A stretch of 63,866 nt of DNA, counting the filler, from Cladosporium halotolerans (taxonomy: Eukaryota): assembly GCF_011745625.1 (NCBI RefSeq). It is 7 parts of 7 records of this genome, joined end to end, with 100 filler letters (N's around TTAATTAATTAA, not from the genome) between each part and the next. Parts side by side here need not be neighbours in the genome. Positions count along the whole stretch, not along the records: positions 29,692 to 39,309 come from NW_027191603.1; positions 39,410 to 48,999 come from NW_027191604.1; 5 more parts are not named here. The stretch is one strand, 5' to 3'. The number at the start of each line of letters is the position of its first letter. Position 1 is the first letter of the stretch. Below are positions 34,662 to 47,390 of the stretch, piece after piece. The position numbers and the translations under genes were made by a program. Under the pieces are notes generated by a model. It was not told the DNA's origin. It saw nothing but the letters and a program-made list of their open reading frames with translations, and ran no database searches.

Positions 34662-36305
34662 ATGGCTTCGTACGCTGCGATACACTCCGTGCCGAGCGAG
34701 CATTCGTCCTCGCGACCGGCGTCGGCGGAGCCCTTGCGCCGCCGACACCGAAAAGAGAATGGCGTCGCAGGCAATGCATCGTGGCTATCCTCAGTGATAA
34801 ACCTCGTCAACACAATCGTCGGCGCGGGAGTGTTGGCGATGCCACACGCCATGTCGAATATGGGCATGGTATTGGGGGTGCTGGTAATCTGCTGGTCAGG
34901 CCTCTGCTCTGGATTCGGTCTTTACCTACAGACCCGTTGCGCGCGATACCTCGACCGCGGCGCTGCCAGTTTCTTTGCGCTCAGTCAGATCACATACCCG
35001 AACGCGGCTGTGATCTTTGACGCTGCAATTGCGGTCAAGTGCTTTGGAGTTGGTGTCAGCTATCTGATCATTATCGGTGATCTTATGCCGGGCGTTGTGC
35101 AGGGGCTTGGACATCCGGAGAGCGCGACGTACTTGGTTGACAGGCATTTCTGGGTCACTGCGTTCATGTAAGGTCCCCGGCCATGGATCATGACTTATCT
35201 GCTGACCGCGTCGCAGGCTTATCGTGATACCCCTCGCTTTCCTGCGCAGGCTCGACAGCCTGAAATACACATCTATTGTTGCGCTTGTTTCCATCGGTTA
35301 TCTTGTTATCTTGGTGGTCTACCACTTTGTCGCTGGCGACACTGCGCCGGCTCGCGGCAACATCGACATCGTCCACGTTAAAGGCCCGTTTGAGGTTCTC
35401 GCATCCTTCCCAGTCATTGTTTTTGCATACACTTGCCATCAGAACGTACGTCACCCGCACCTTCTCCCTTTCGCAATCTCCGTCACTAACACATCCAGAT
35501 GTTTTCCATTCTTAATGAAATCAAGGACAACAGTCCTACTCGCACCACTGGCGTTGTCACCGGCTCGATTGGCACCGCTGCTAGCATTTACGTCCTTGTC
35601 GCCATCACTGGCTACATATCCTTTGGCGACAACGTGGTGGGCAACATTGTTTCGCAGTACACCCCATCGGTCGCCAGCACCATTGGCCGCGCTGCTATCG
35701 TGGTCCTTGTCATGTTTTCCTATCCTCTCCAGGTCCACCCTTGCCGCGCCAGCGTCGATGCGGTGTCGAAGTGGCGACCCACCGGCCGTAGGAATCAGGA
35801 ACTCACACCAGCTGGTGGCAGCCCTAGCAGGAGCTCTTTGCTGCCAAGTAAGATGCCCTCCAGGCCAAAGCCAGAGGATATGTCAGACATTCGGTTCGCC
35901 ATCATCACAACGGGCATCATTGTTCTATCCTACACCACTGCGATGACCGTCAGCAGTCTGGATAAAGTCCTCGCTTACGTTGGCTCGACTGGCTCGACAT
36001 CTATCTCATTCATTCTGCCTGGTCTGTTCTATTACAAGATCAGCGACCCGGATTCGCCACACCACCAAAAGCTCATGAAAGGTAACGATGATGAAGAGTA
36101 CGACAGCTCCAGCGATTCCGAAGATGAGGGCAGCTCGCCCGTGGAGGGACGAAGCTCGTGGCGCGCTACATGGACGGCCAAGGTGAAAGGCAGGCAATGG
36201 AGGAGACAGATGCTCCGAAAGATGAGCTTGGCACTTGCTGTGTATGGTTTCCTTGTCATGACCGTCTGTCTCGTCACGAACACCTACTTTAACGTGAAGG
36301 AGTAG
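34662..36305 (+). CDS. Vacuolar amino-acid transporter (Aa_trans, AVT5/6/7-like), two introns
   Basis: NLVNTIVGAGVLAMP, KCFGVGVSYLIIIGDLMP, VFAYTCHQN, SYPLQVHPCR, GSTGSTSISFILPG; introns near 35168-35216 and 35446-35498. Confidence 0.92.
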
Positions 36306-36682
36306 TTCAGATTGATTTCCTAGAGCGTTCTTTCGCTGTCATATAAATAGATGCATGCGATAATTAATAGTCCGGATATTTTTGCGGACAATCCTCAGCA
36401 TATAGCAATAGTCCGCGAGTCTTAGGCAACTGCGTGCTATTTACATGCCTTTGTCGGCACTACTCATCTGAGCCCAGCGAAACATGACCTCTCCCGCCCG
36501 CAAACCCCCCATCCGGTGGGTACGCTTCACCCCGCCTTCAAAGACCGAGCCCAAGTCAAACGCCGGAACCATCGGGATATCATTCCCGCGAACGAGGCGG
36601 ACATTTACATTTCGCATCGCTACATTCGCCTGTTCTGACGACCTTGCATACACAACCGTCTCGACTCTCGAATCCAACCGAG

Positions 36683-38632
36683 ATGTCTTGTACAGCTGAA
36701 ACGCCTGATTGCAATGCCTGCCCGTCGTCTGACGACCATTGCAAGCCGGCGTCTGTTGGCGGCACGACCGACATTGAAGACTATACAACCGAACTCGCAG
36801 CGCTCAAAGCTCGCATGCGGACGCTTGAATCGAAACTCTCGGGCAAAACCTCTGAAGAGACCAAGTCGCTTCGTTCATGGCAATGGCTGCGCCGGACCGA
36901 CGACCCAGGCATGTCCGCCCTGTACATGGACCGCTACCTGAACTTTGGCCTTACCGAGGAGGAACTCTCCTCGCACAAGCCTATCATTGGGATCGCCCAA
37001 TCCGGGTCTGATTTGGCGCCTTGCAACCGCTATCACTTGACGTTAGCCAAACGCGTCCGAGAGGGTATTAGATCTGCTGGCGGAATCGCGATTGAATTTC
37101 CCACGCATCCCATTCAGGAGAGTTCCAGACGGCCTACTGCGACTCTGGACCGAAACCTGAGCTACCTGGGTCTCGTGGAGTTATTGCATGCCTATCCCTT
37201 CGACGGCGTGGTTCTTTTGACCGGCTGTGACAAGACCACCCCAGCGTGTCTGATGGCAGCCGCTACGCTTGACATTCCGGCTATCTGCCTCAACGTAGGA
37301 CCGATGCTGAACGGATATAGCAGGAAAGACCGCATTGGATCCGGCACCGTACTCTGGAAGGCGAGAGAGATGCATGCGGCAGGCGAAATCGACGACGCTG
37401 AGCTGCTCAACATGGTCACTAGAGGCACGCCCAGTGCTGGCCATTGCAACACCATGGGCACGGCTTCGACGATGAACGCTCTCGCGGAAGCCCTTGGAAT
37501 GGCATTACCGGGCAGTGCCGCTATTCCTGCTCCCTACCGTGAGCGACCACAAGTCGCATATAAGACTGGCATGCAGATCGTGGAGATGGTGTATGCTGAC
37601 CGGAAGCCGTCGGACATAATGACAAGACAAGCGTTCGAGAACGCCCTGGCGGCCAACACCGCCATCGGTGGCTCTACCAATGCACCCATTCATCTCAATG
37701 CGGTCGCCAGACACATGGGAGTGCCTCTGAACCTGGACGACTGGGAGCAGATCGGGTTTCACATCCCGCTCCTCGTCAACGTACAGCCAGCCGGCAAGAT
37801 GCTATGCGAGGAATACTACCGAGCTGGCGGCCTGCCAGCCGTCATGGCAGAGCTGCTCGATCAAGGCAAGCTCCACGGCAGTGCCCTCACGTGCAACGGT
37901 AAGACCGTGAAAGACAACGTGCAAGGTAAACACAGCTGGGATCGTGAGACGATCAAAGCCTACGAGCAGCCAATGATGCCCGACGCCGGCTTCCTGCACA
38001 TGACGGGCAATCTCTTCGACTCCGCCATCATGAAGACTTCTGTCATCTCCGACGAGTTCCGTAAAGCCTTCTTGGAGTCTCCCTCCAACCCCAATGTCTT
38101 CGAATCTAAAGTCGCCGTCTTCGACGGGCCCGAAGACTACCACAAGCGTATCGAGACAGCCGACATCGACGAGCGTACCATCCTCGTCATGCGCGGAACA
38201 GGCCCCATCGGTTATCCAGGCGCCGCAGAGGTTGTGAACATGACGGCACCAGGGCATCTGCTGAAGAAGGGCCTGAAGTACTCGCTTCCTTGCATCGGTG
38301 ATGGCAGGCAGTCTGGAACTTCCGGGTCGCCCAGTATTCTCAACGCGAGCCCTGAAGCCGCGGAGAATGGCAATCTTGCGATTCTAAAGGATGGTGACAT
38401 GTTAAGGGTGGATTTGAATAAGCGCAAGGTCGAGATGTTGGTGTCTGAAGAGGAGATCAAGAGTCGTCGAGCAACGTTGATGGAAGCGGGCGGGTACAGC
38501 CTTGTCGAGAGCCAGACGCCTTACCAGGACTTGTTTCGCAGGGAGACGGGTCCACTTAGTGAGGGTATGGTGTGGAAGCGGGCGACGAGATTCCAGAGGG
38601 TTGCACAAAAGGTGCCAAGGGATAATCATTGA
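36683..38632 (+). CDS. IlvD/Edd-family dehydratase (bacterial sugar-acid dehydratase type), intronless
   Basis: [59 protein letters not shown]. Confidence 0.93.
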   Translation: MSCTAETPDCNACPSSDDHCKPASVGGTTDIEDYTTELAALKARMRTLESKLSGKTSEETKSLRSWQWLRRTDDPGMSALYMDRYLNFGLTEEELSSHKPIIGIAQSGSDLAPCNRYHLTLAKRVREGIRSAGGIAIEFPTHPIQESSRRPTATLDRNLSYLGLVELLHAYPFDGVVLLTGCDKTTPACLMAAATLDIPAICLNVGPMLNGYSRKDRIGSGTVLWKAREMHAAGEIDDAELLNMVTRGTPSAGHCNTMGTASTMNALAEALGMALPGSAAIPAPYRERPQVAYKTGMQIVEMVYADRKPSDIMTRQAFENALAANTAIGGSTNAPIHLNAVARHMGVPLNLDDWEQIGFHIPLLVNVQPAGKMLCEEYYRAGGLPAVMAELLDQGKLHGSALTCNGKTVKDNVQGKHSWDRETIKAYEQPMMPDAGFLHMTGNLFDSAIMKTSVISDEFRKAFLESPSNPNVFESKVAVFDGPEDYHKRIETADIDERTILVMRGTGPIGYPGAAEVVNMTAPGHLLKKGLKYSLPCIGDGRQSGTSGSPSILNASPEAAENGNLAILKDGDMLRVDLNKRKVEMLVSEEEIKSRRATLMEAGGYSLVESQTPYQDLFRRETGPLSEGMVWKRATRFQRVAQKVPRDNH

Positions 38633-38769
38633 GAGCTGAGAAATGGCAAGAATGATTGTATGTTTTATCCTGAGTCGACCAATACTGACACTGGTAAATT
38701 TTACGAAGTAGAGGTAGGATAGCTTCGGCAATATCTCTTGCTTGTTCACTTTCTTAGAGCGATCTCAAC

Positions 38770-39211
38770 TTAACTCGCAGAGGTTGTCGTGGTAGTAATT
38801 GTGCGCACACGTATACGACTCGCTGGAAGCAACTCAATCCCGTCCTCGGCTTCTGAAGTCCACATTATTTTCCTGTCCGAGGCGATCTTGGTGGAGAATA
38901 CCGGCTGATCAGTCCGTAACTTCAGATCACCGTCATGCCCGCGGCTTGCCGTAACCTTGGTTGTCTTCGATTGTCCGTAATCTCTACTCTTGCCTGCAGC
39001 ACTTGAGTTGCTCATCATATTTGAGAGAGCGCCCCAGTACTGAGATTGCTCGCTCTCTGGAGCTACGCCTTCGTGCCAGGTTTGCAGAAAAGGTTTCAAG
39101 CAAGTCAAGCATTCAGCAATGAGAGCCCAATGCATGGCTATTTGAGCTAATATGTTGACGTTGACGATATCTTGAATCGTTTGCGAGTGGAATTCCGGGC
39201 TAAGTTGAGTG
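38770..39211 (-). CDS. 3' end of a PTH11-like membrane protein gene, interrupted by a transposon
   Basis: ILAQIAMHWALIAECLTCLKPFL is the typical last helix of the family; upstream codons (MIDYLIDYLIEK) derive from the transposon end. Confidence 0.65.
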
Positions 39212-39309
39212 CATAGATCTTGAATCTTGATTTTCTCAATCAGATAATCAATCAGGTAATCAATCAATCAGGTCCCTGATTGAGCTCGGACCTGAATAAT
39301 CAGATTCAG
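39212..39309 (+). mobile_element. hAT-like terminus CATAGATCTTGAATCTTGA with AATCA subterminal repeats
   Basis: 19-bp inverted match to 58789-58807; AATCA/TGATT arrays like those of fungal hAT elements of the Restless type. Confidence 0.75.
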
Positions 39310-39510
39310 NNNNNNNNNNNNNNNNNNNNNNNNNNNNNNNNNNNNNNNNNNNNTTAATTAATTAANNNNNNNNNNNNNNNNNNNNNNNNNNNNNNNNNNN
39401 NNNNNNNNNGTGTTTGTTTCAACCTCTTCGAGCCAGATGTAAACTTTTGGACGTAAATAGTGTGTTGCCCTTTAGGTGCTTAGCGCCGGGCGGAATAAAG
39501 TTCATCATTA

Positions 39511-41673
39511 GAAGCTTTCCCCACTCAGTTCACAACACCACTCAATGCACACGCGTCGCGAACGCGACGCGACGCCCTTGATCATCGCATATCTCACGCA
39601 TTCAACTACTGAGGCTATCCATATAATAGCATGTGATGACCTTGCATATGACCAGTACTCGTGTTAATTATCTAGTGCTGAAGCTTTCTCGAAGGTTTGA
39701 GGACTCTGCCACTTGATGACACGCCTGGTCCTGGAGCCCTCGGCCTGTTTTTGACTACTATGGCATCTCCGTCTTTCAGTAGCTCTTCCGGCCTTCCGGG
39801 GTGCGTTTTCTGGCTGCTGGTTTTCCTACAAGAGGTTGGATTGGGCATTTCCGAATGACCTGGAGCTTTTCTAGCCATTTTCGCAGCCGCCTTGCTAGCA
39901 ATCCTGGCTGCTAACGCCGCCCTCTTTTCTTCGGCCTTTTTTTGTCTTTCAGCCTTTCTTTCCGCCAATTGTTGGGCTTTGAGTAGATTCGCTTGCTCTC
40001 TCTCTTTTGCCTTGATAGCTTTTTGTTGCTGTTGCAGGTCCTTTTCGTCCTTTTTTGCCTGCTCAAGATCCTGAAGCTGCTTCACCTTGCGGGGATTGAA
40101 GAAGGTAGCACTGCCCTCGTCCCTGGATCTGAATCCTCCATGAGCTTCTTGCCTCTTTTCCTGCGGCTGCGCTCGTCGTAGAGAGCCGCTGATAGTCTCT
40201 TGTTTCCTTCTTTTAGCAAGGTGATCTCCGCAGATTGTGAGATGACCTTGTTCCCGAGGTACTCCAAGCTCTTCCTGTGTTTTGCGTCTGCCACCTTCGT
40301 CACAGTTTTGTTCACCATGCTCTGAATCTTCCGCCAGTCCTTTGGAGACAGATTGGAGCTCTCTGAGCCACTGAATCTGCTACACGGGGTACGTGGCTCC
40401 TCTGTCTGATCACCTGGTGGGGTCGCAGATTTTTTGAACACCTTCATTACCACGGGCGGATCGAAAGGCCATAAGCCAGTCTTTGCCCATCCACTCTTGA
40501 TGTTGGCCTCTGTGAACGCCTTCTGCCATGCTGGCCCGAAAAGACGAAGAAAGTTACGCTTGGTGACCCCCGTAAGGCCTTCTGATTGCCTCATGTGCTC
40601 ATCCAGGCCTTTGCTGTAAGATGTGGCTAAGGGGGCGAACAGGCTGACGTCCAACGGCTGCAGTCTGTGTGTCGAGTGAGGTGGGTACACAGCGACTAGT
40701 ACTTTGTTGGACTGGCACCAATCGAGGAATCGGATGGTCAAATGCGAGCCATGGCCATCCAGATACAGCAGTCTCCAGTCCCTCTTCGCTTTCTCCTTTG
40801 TTTCCCTGTCGAAGAGGTTTACCAACCAGTCAAATCCCAGCTCATCGTTGGTCCATCCATTAGCAGAGGATGCGAGGAAGGCTAAGTGGTCTTCCTCCTT
40901 GACCCCATCCAACCAACTGTCTTGGACAGTGTTTGGTTGGCCTTCGTAGATTATCCCTGGAGATAAAGACGTTCCATCTGCACAAATTGTAGCCACAACA
41001 GTCACCCACGTTCTACTACCATCCTGAGCGGTGCCCACGAGCTTTTGATTGTCGAAAAGAGCCTTTGTGAACACTCTCTTGCTTTTAGTAAGATACCCAA
41101 TCAGGAATCCCTTTTCGTCCATATTGTACATGTTCCAAGGCATTATACCATACTGCTCGATCTTACCGCTCAGAACATCGAAATACTGCTTGAAAGAGGT
41201 CGTGGACTCAGCTTTGTGCCGTGAAACATCCAGTGTGTTGAGATATTTAGAATCCAATTCGTCGCTCCATCTTCTCACAAACCTTGAAGTCCAATTTTTT
41301 CCGGGCTGTCTCTTCGCAATTTGACTGGCAATATTGGCGACCATGTATGGTGTAGGTGGGAAGCCTCTCTCGCACAGTGTATTTATGTGTTTGATAAGCA
41401 CCTTCTCTTGCTTTGTGGACAAGAACTGTTTTTGTTGTGTCGCTTGGGATCTCGAGCCACTTTGGTGATTGAATCTCCTGCTGAGGGTGCTTCTATTGAC
41501 CTGGAATTTTTTGGCGGCTTCTGAAATATGAGGAACACCTTGAGTATTCAAATATGCAATTGCTTCATCGATAGGAAGCATGTTGGTTGAAGTATGCGAT
41601 GATCAAGGGCGTCGTGTCGCGTTCGCGACGCGTGTGCATTGAGTGGTGTTGTGAACTGAGTGGGGAAAGCTTC
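39511..41673 (-). mobile_element. Full-length Fot1/pogo DNA transposon (2163 bp)
   Basis: 81-bp TIRs at 39511-39591 and 41593-41673 (one mismatch), TA on both sides, transposase inside. Confidence 0.97.
39672..41581 (-). CDS. pogo transposase (HTH plus DDE) with a 1-nt frameshift near 40133
   Basis: YNMDEKGF, LYLDGHGSH, HSTHRLQPLDVSLF; the shifted frame continues FRSRDEGSATFFNPRKVKQLQ into ORF 39672-40085. Confidence 0.93.
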
Positions 41674-42521
41674 TACCGATGAAAAGGCTCAGCGCCGCTT
41701 CCGGACGAAAGGCAACATCCCGACAAGACACACCGACCAACTTCGAACAAGGGCTAAATCGATGCGACAGCAATCGAGCCCGGCCAGACATTGCGGGAGC
41801 AGGACAGTTGCGAGAAAGGGGCTCGAAGAGGCTTGGAAAGCCAGGTGGACCAGGGACCGGCAGGAAACGCGTTTGTCGGCGAAGGATAGCAACCTATCCG
41901 TTGCAGCGCGTGCGACGTGGACTGGAGGATTACGGACGAAGGAAAATTTAAAACGGGCCGAGAGTACAGTCGCAACACTACTTAGGACCGAACACGTCGG
42001 TCTGAACGACTACCTATCTCGGAGGCGCGTACCCGGATACCCGAAACCAGACTGCGGTTGCGGCTGGCCGCGACAGACTTCAAAACATGTCATCTTCTTG
42101 TTTTGTCCTGCACACACGACAGCACGGGCAGAGATGCTAGCAGAAGCAAAGACGACCGACTACACAAAGTTGCTGTCTACCGAGGCAGGCCTACGTGCGG
42201 TGACCAAGTGGTTCTTGCGGCGGGACATCCTCGCCCAATTCGGCGAGGACATCGGATGACGCAAAACCAAGACGACGAGGACGAAGGCCGGGGACGTACG
42301 TGGATGAGGATGATGGCGATTGTTAAAGCGCGTCGGAGGCGCGCAGCTACGTTTTACTGTATCGTAGACTCACTGGCGGGAGGGCAATGGCCATCCATTT
42401 AGAGAAGAAGGAGTTTTCACCCGGGCCACGGCCACGGTTTTCCTCCTTGATAGCATACATAGTGACAGCCCGCATGGACCCGTAAGGGAGCTACACCGGG
42501 ATAATGGAATATCAAATCAAA
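41674..42521 (+). mobile_element. LINE family A 3' fragment
   Basis: Closely similar to the reverse complement of about 860-1707; CGCG..HV..CP knuckle; ends CCGGGATAA..ATCAAATCAAA. Confidence 0.92.
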
Positions 42522-42807
42522 TTATTGACTAGGAAGTACGACACCTTAGCATCATTGGCCTGGTGGTAAGAGAGGCGTGCATGCTTCCGCGCTGGGAGTA
42601 GAAACTGGCTTCCAAAGTCACTCGGGCTACGCAGTTTAGGGAGTTCTAGATTCCCATGTTCTGAACCTCGCCCTCGCAAGGCTAGGATATCGGGTAGTGC
42701 AGACACTTGGTACCAAAAAAAGGCAGTACTGGAGACATCTACGTAGACGGAGATGACGCGAGATGGTAGAGACATTTCGATTAGGCTATTTTGACCGGTG
42801 AAAAAGC

Positions 42808-43888
42808 CTAACGGCGCTCTAATTGATGTACCCCAAGCGGCTGAAGTGTCAAGCAATGTCGGCCGTATCCGAATTCATCAAGATTCGGTTTTGGATGTGT
42901 GATTTGAGGCGCCGATGTTGGAAATTCGGTTTCTTCGAGGAAGATTGATTCGCCCAAGATGTGAGATATGTTGGAATCAATCCACAATATGAACTCTTCC
43001 AACAAACCTTCCAGGCCGAGGTTGACTAGCCCACCACGCAAGTATATCATGCGTTTAAGCCCTTGCATGTGTGTACGGCCTATCTGTGAGTCTCCGAAGA
43101 GGACCTCATAAGCGGCCATCTGGGCAACCGCGGCAATCGTTTGGTCGGCAATACAAAGCGTATCATCGGCGAGAGCGACTTTGATTCCCTCAATAGCCTT
43201 TGTCTTCAGGTACAGCATCTCCGCTGATTGCGAGCGGAGATAAGACTCTTGCCTGCAAGATGCAGTCATTAATATGGTTACGTTCCGCGAAACTGTGCTT
43301 TTTGGGTGCAAAGATGAGTGTCTTCCAGGCAACAGCCACCGTTGCTCGACGTCACCAGTTTCCGTTCCTTCATGTGCTGACAGTGAAATATTTTCGCCCT
43401 ACAGGAGTCAGAAAACGCACTTGACCATGCGCGTTTGCGAGACGCACCCACATGATAACCGAGTATGCGTGCCATCCCCGCTTGCTTCCGCTCGGTTGGA
43501 CAGAATGGCTTTTGGTCGAGTAAATTTGGATCTTTCGCGACAAGTGGCTGTCGGGATCGAAAAGAACACCGCCCTTTTTCCACTCTCGCGCAGTGCTTCT
43601 CATAGGTGCTGGCGGGAGCATTGGCGGCCTTGACGGGCTTGACGTTACACACGCCTTGGGTGATGATGATCGCTTCATGACTTCACCTTCGAAGTCCAGG
43701 CCTCCGAACTCGGTGGCTAACATCCTTTTCCGCTGGTGCTGTTTCTTAGTGACAAAACTACGTGTTTTTTTGCGATTCCTTGAAGTCTCGGCCTTAGAAG
43801 GGCGGGTGAAATTTATAAACTGAAAATTCCCCTCATCGCGATTGGTAGTAGACTGTGACGGGGCTGATCCTAAACCAAGGTTAGGCAA
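42808..43888 (-). CDS. Fungal-specific transcription-factor-domain-like protein without a Zn cluster, multi-exon
   Basis: N-terminal FQFINF...RKKTRSFV; C-terminal DQTIAAVAQMAAYE..FGD....HMQGLKRMIYLRGGL..LG..G.L...ILWID. Confidence 0.65.
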
Positions 43889-45156
43889 CGGAAGAGGGGA
43901 TGCTGATGTATTGAGAGAGGTTTAGAGCAGCATACCGTGAGCAATACTCTCTTGAATGCCCGCGGTTTTTGTCGATGACATGCATAAGGTAGAGCAGTCG
44001 GGTGCTTCCATCACCAATACGTCTCTGGTGAAGGAACGCGGTGGCTCTGCACCTAAGTGCAAAACAGGCAATGCAAATGCTGCCAACAGCTAAGAAATCG
44101 AAACCGCGATCGGGTCGGGTATGTCAATGATCTGCTTACAGCTAGGGCTCGAAACTTTTTCCGGTGTATATGCGTGTGAGTCTGGTACGCTAAATATCTA
44201 GTGTCGCATCATCTCCGCCGAGCGCTTCGTTTGGCCAATCAACTCGGGAAAGCATGGGAGCAGGTGAGATAGGCTAGCACTCACTCATCAAACCCGTTTG
44301 CCATTTGTGGATGAGTCTAGCGAATAGCACTCAGAAACGACCTTGACGATCGAGAATTCCACCTCGCTGGAAAGGTGGGTCGAATGTGATAGAGATTGGG
44401 TGGGGTTCGTGCAGCAAGTGGGCAGCCGCGCGGCCGCGAGCCGCAAGGCCACAGACAACCGTGGCAGTATCGACCAGCAACTAAGTAAAGCCACGCGCAG
44501 CAGAGGTAGCCGCTAAGTGGTCCCACAGACTTTTTGAAAAGTTTGCCCTGCGCTGATTTAGCCCCAGGATACTGCCAAGTGCCAGTCATGGTGTCGATAC
44601 CATTGATCGGCACAAAGCAAGCGCTGCGACAGCAATGCGTAACCGTGCCGTCATGGCTCCGTGACTCCGCGCGATCGAACAGATAGCGCTAACCGACACA
44701 GAAGAGCGGCATAGGACGACGGGCTACACCCTGCTTTGGGGCCATAATCTGAGGCTTTATTTCACTAATGCAACGCCACCGAATAGTCCGTTTTAATGCA
44801 AACAGCGATTGTTATACGCTCGTTCCCGTGGATATCGGCACTGAATGCTGAACCAGAGACCTGCGCATTTCGTCTTTCGTCGCGACTTGCCGATCTCAGC
44901 CCTTTTCGGTAAACAATACGCTCAACGTGGGCTAGCACAGCCCCCCCCAGCGTCGATCTTGCACGTCGAAAATGTCTCATCTCCTTTCAGAAGAACGCCA
45001 AGTTTTTCGCGTGGGAACCCCGCAGTGATGATGCTCGAGTCGAGTATAATGCGTCTGAGCTTCTATTGCCGCCATATTAATCACACCGTTCCTATGCTAC
45101 GCACTACTTCCGCCTTATCGTTATTGCCTCATTACCCCAGAAACGAAAGGGAGAAG

Positions 45157-47309
45157 ATGCCTGTCCAATATTTTCATTTCTATATACATGTATTGCCCTG
45201 TATTACGCCAGTGCAGGGCAAGCATCGGCGAATGAAGCGTGGCTGCCAACCCACGATGAGCTGCAGCCATCCTATGATTTTATCGTTGTTGGAGGTTGGT
45301 GCAACAAAGAAGGTCTCCAGTTGAAGAAAACAATACCGACGTGCAGGAGGTGCGGCTGGCCTAGCGTTAGCCGTGCGCCTGAGTGAGTGCGAATCGCAGA
45401 ATGTTTTGGTCCTTGAAGCGGGACAATTTCCCGAGATTGTGGGATCATACAAGTCACTAGGGGCGGGCCAGCAAGTTTTGGGTATGGGCAAGTCGGTATG
45501 ATCGAGGTTTTATCTTCTGACATGCTACGACATAGGCACTGAGCTTGATTAGGCTTTCACGACTCCTGCGCAGGAGTCGTTAGGCAATCGGACTATCACA
45601 TATCATCGTATGGATCTACCCAGTGCCGTTGCAAATCAATCAACTGACCCAGACAGGTGGTCGTGGTGTTGGCGGCAGCACGCTAATCAATGGACTTACA
45701 TACGGAAGAGGCTCTCGCAGCGTATACGATCTTTGGCAAGACATGGGTAACGACGACTGGGATTGGGACTCGATATTGCCTTTGTTCCAGAAGGTCCGAT
45801 TATCCCAATACTTAGACATTCATAACACGCCAACATCGCTAAAGAGCACTTCGTTCCATCCTGTCAACGTGGCACCCTACCAAACTTATGATGCAAGCGC
45901 GTATTCAACCAATGGACCAATACAACTTTCGTACCCCATATACGTTTACGGGTCGTCGACTGCGTTCCTCGAAGCCCCCAGTGCTGTCAACGTTTCTACG
46001 GTGTTCGATCTGAACCTGGGGGATAATATCGGAGCAAAACAGGAGCCCCTTGTCCTTGACAAGCGTCAACAACGTCTTTCGTCCTACGACAGCTACTACA
46101 AGCCAGCAAGGAATCGCACAAACCTCGCCGTAATGCAATTGGCACAAGTGCACAAATTAATGCTCGAACGACAGAATGGTTCATTGGTCGCTACAGGTGT
46201 CGTTTTCACCGACTCTACCTCCGGCCACATATTAAATGTCAACGCTTCGAAAGGGGTGATTCTGAGTGCTGGAGTATTCCAGACACCTCAGCTGTAAGCG
46301 ACTTGCACAAGGTAAGATTCTCGATATCATGCTAATACTCTTAAGGTTGATGCTTTCCGGCCTCGGACCGCAAGAAACTTTGCAGGAAATGGGTATTTCT
46401 GAGTATCTGATCAACGAGAATACTGGACGCAAGTACGTTGTCATGTGTTGACCACGCTGTTTGCCAATGCGGTCTATTAACGTGTCAAACTACAGTATGC
46501 AGGACCATTTCTACTTCAGCATCATTGCTCATGCATCCGCAAACGACTCTGCTTCAGAGACCTACAACAGAATCGATTTACTTCGAGCAGCACAACAAGA
46601 GTACGCCGCTAGCAATTCGGGACTCTTGACAACTCCAATAGGCCCAACCTACGGTTTTCAGCAACTTCCTTCGGCAGAGCTGCAAAGCCTTGGTGCTGCA
46701 CAGGCTTTGATGAACCGAACCAGGCAAGCACACATCGAGTATCTTTGGGAAAACATTTACTACCCGTCCGCGCCCCCGACAATTCTCCCGCAATATCCAC
46801 CTAATCGAGACGAGTCCTTTATATCTGTGACGGCTGCTTTGCTCTCTCCGGTATCTAGGGGCAATGTCACGCTGCAATCGAATGCAATCCAAGACGCGCC
46901 CTTGATAAATGTCAACTATCTGGAATCAGAAATCGATCAGAAATTTGCGCTGAAGATGTTCTACAACCTCCGCGGTATCCTTTCGCAACCGGTCTTGTCA
47001 CGACACACCACTCGCCTAGACAATGGCGAAGTAGTACCAGGCGCCAATGTCACGGACGGCACAACGGTGTTGGATTACGTTAAATCGACACTTCTGCCGG
47101 CCTAGCACGCTTGCGGAACATGTCGTATGTTGCCCAAGGACGCTGGAGGTGTAGTGGACAGCCGCCTTCGAGTCTACGGTGCGAAGAAGTTACGCATAGT
47201 TGATGCTAGCATCTTTCCTGTTGTCCCCGATCAGCATACACAAGGGCAGATCTATATGGTAGCTGAAAAGGCGGCAAGCATGATAAAAGAAGACCATGGG
47301 CTATCTTGA
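45157..47309 (+). pseudogene. GMC oxidoreductase, secreted type, with two in-frame TAG codons
   Basis: YDFIVVG-GG.AG, GGSTLING, ILSAGVFQTPQLL, SRGNVTL, GGVVDSRLRVYG..LRIVDAS; TAG at about 45549 (LD*AF) and 47103 (PA*HACGT). Confidence 0.85.
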
Positions 47310-47390
47310 GGAAGAAAAAGGGAGGAAATTAGTAAGGTTAATTATGCGGATTTTGGTCCACATCAGCGGACCCTGATTTTAATGTTAAAT

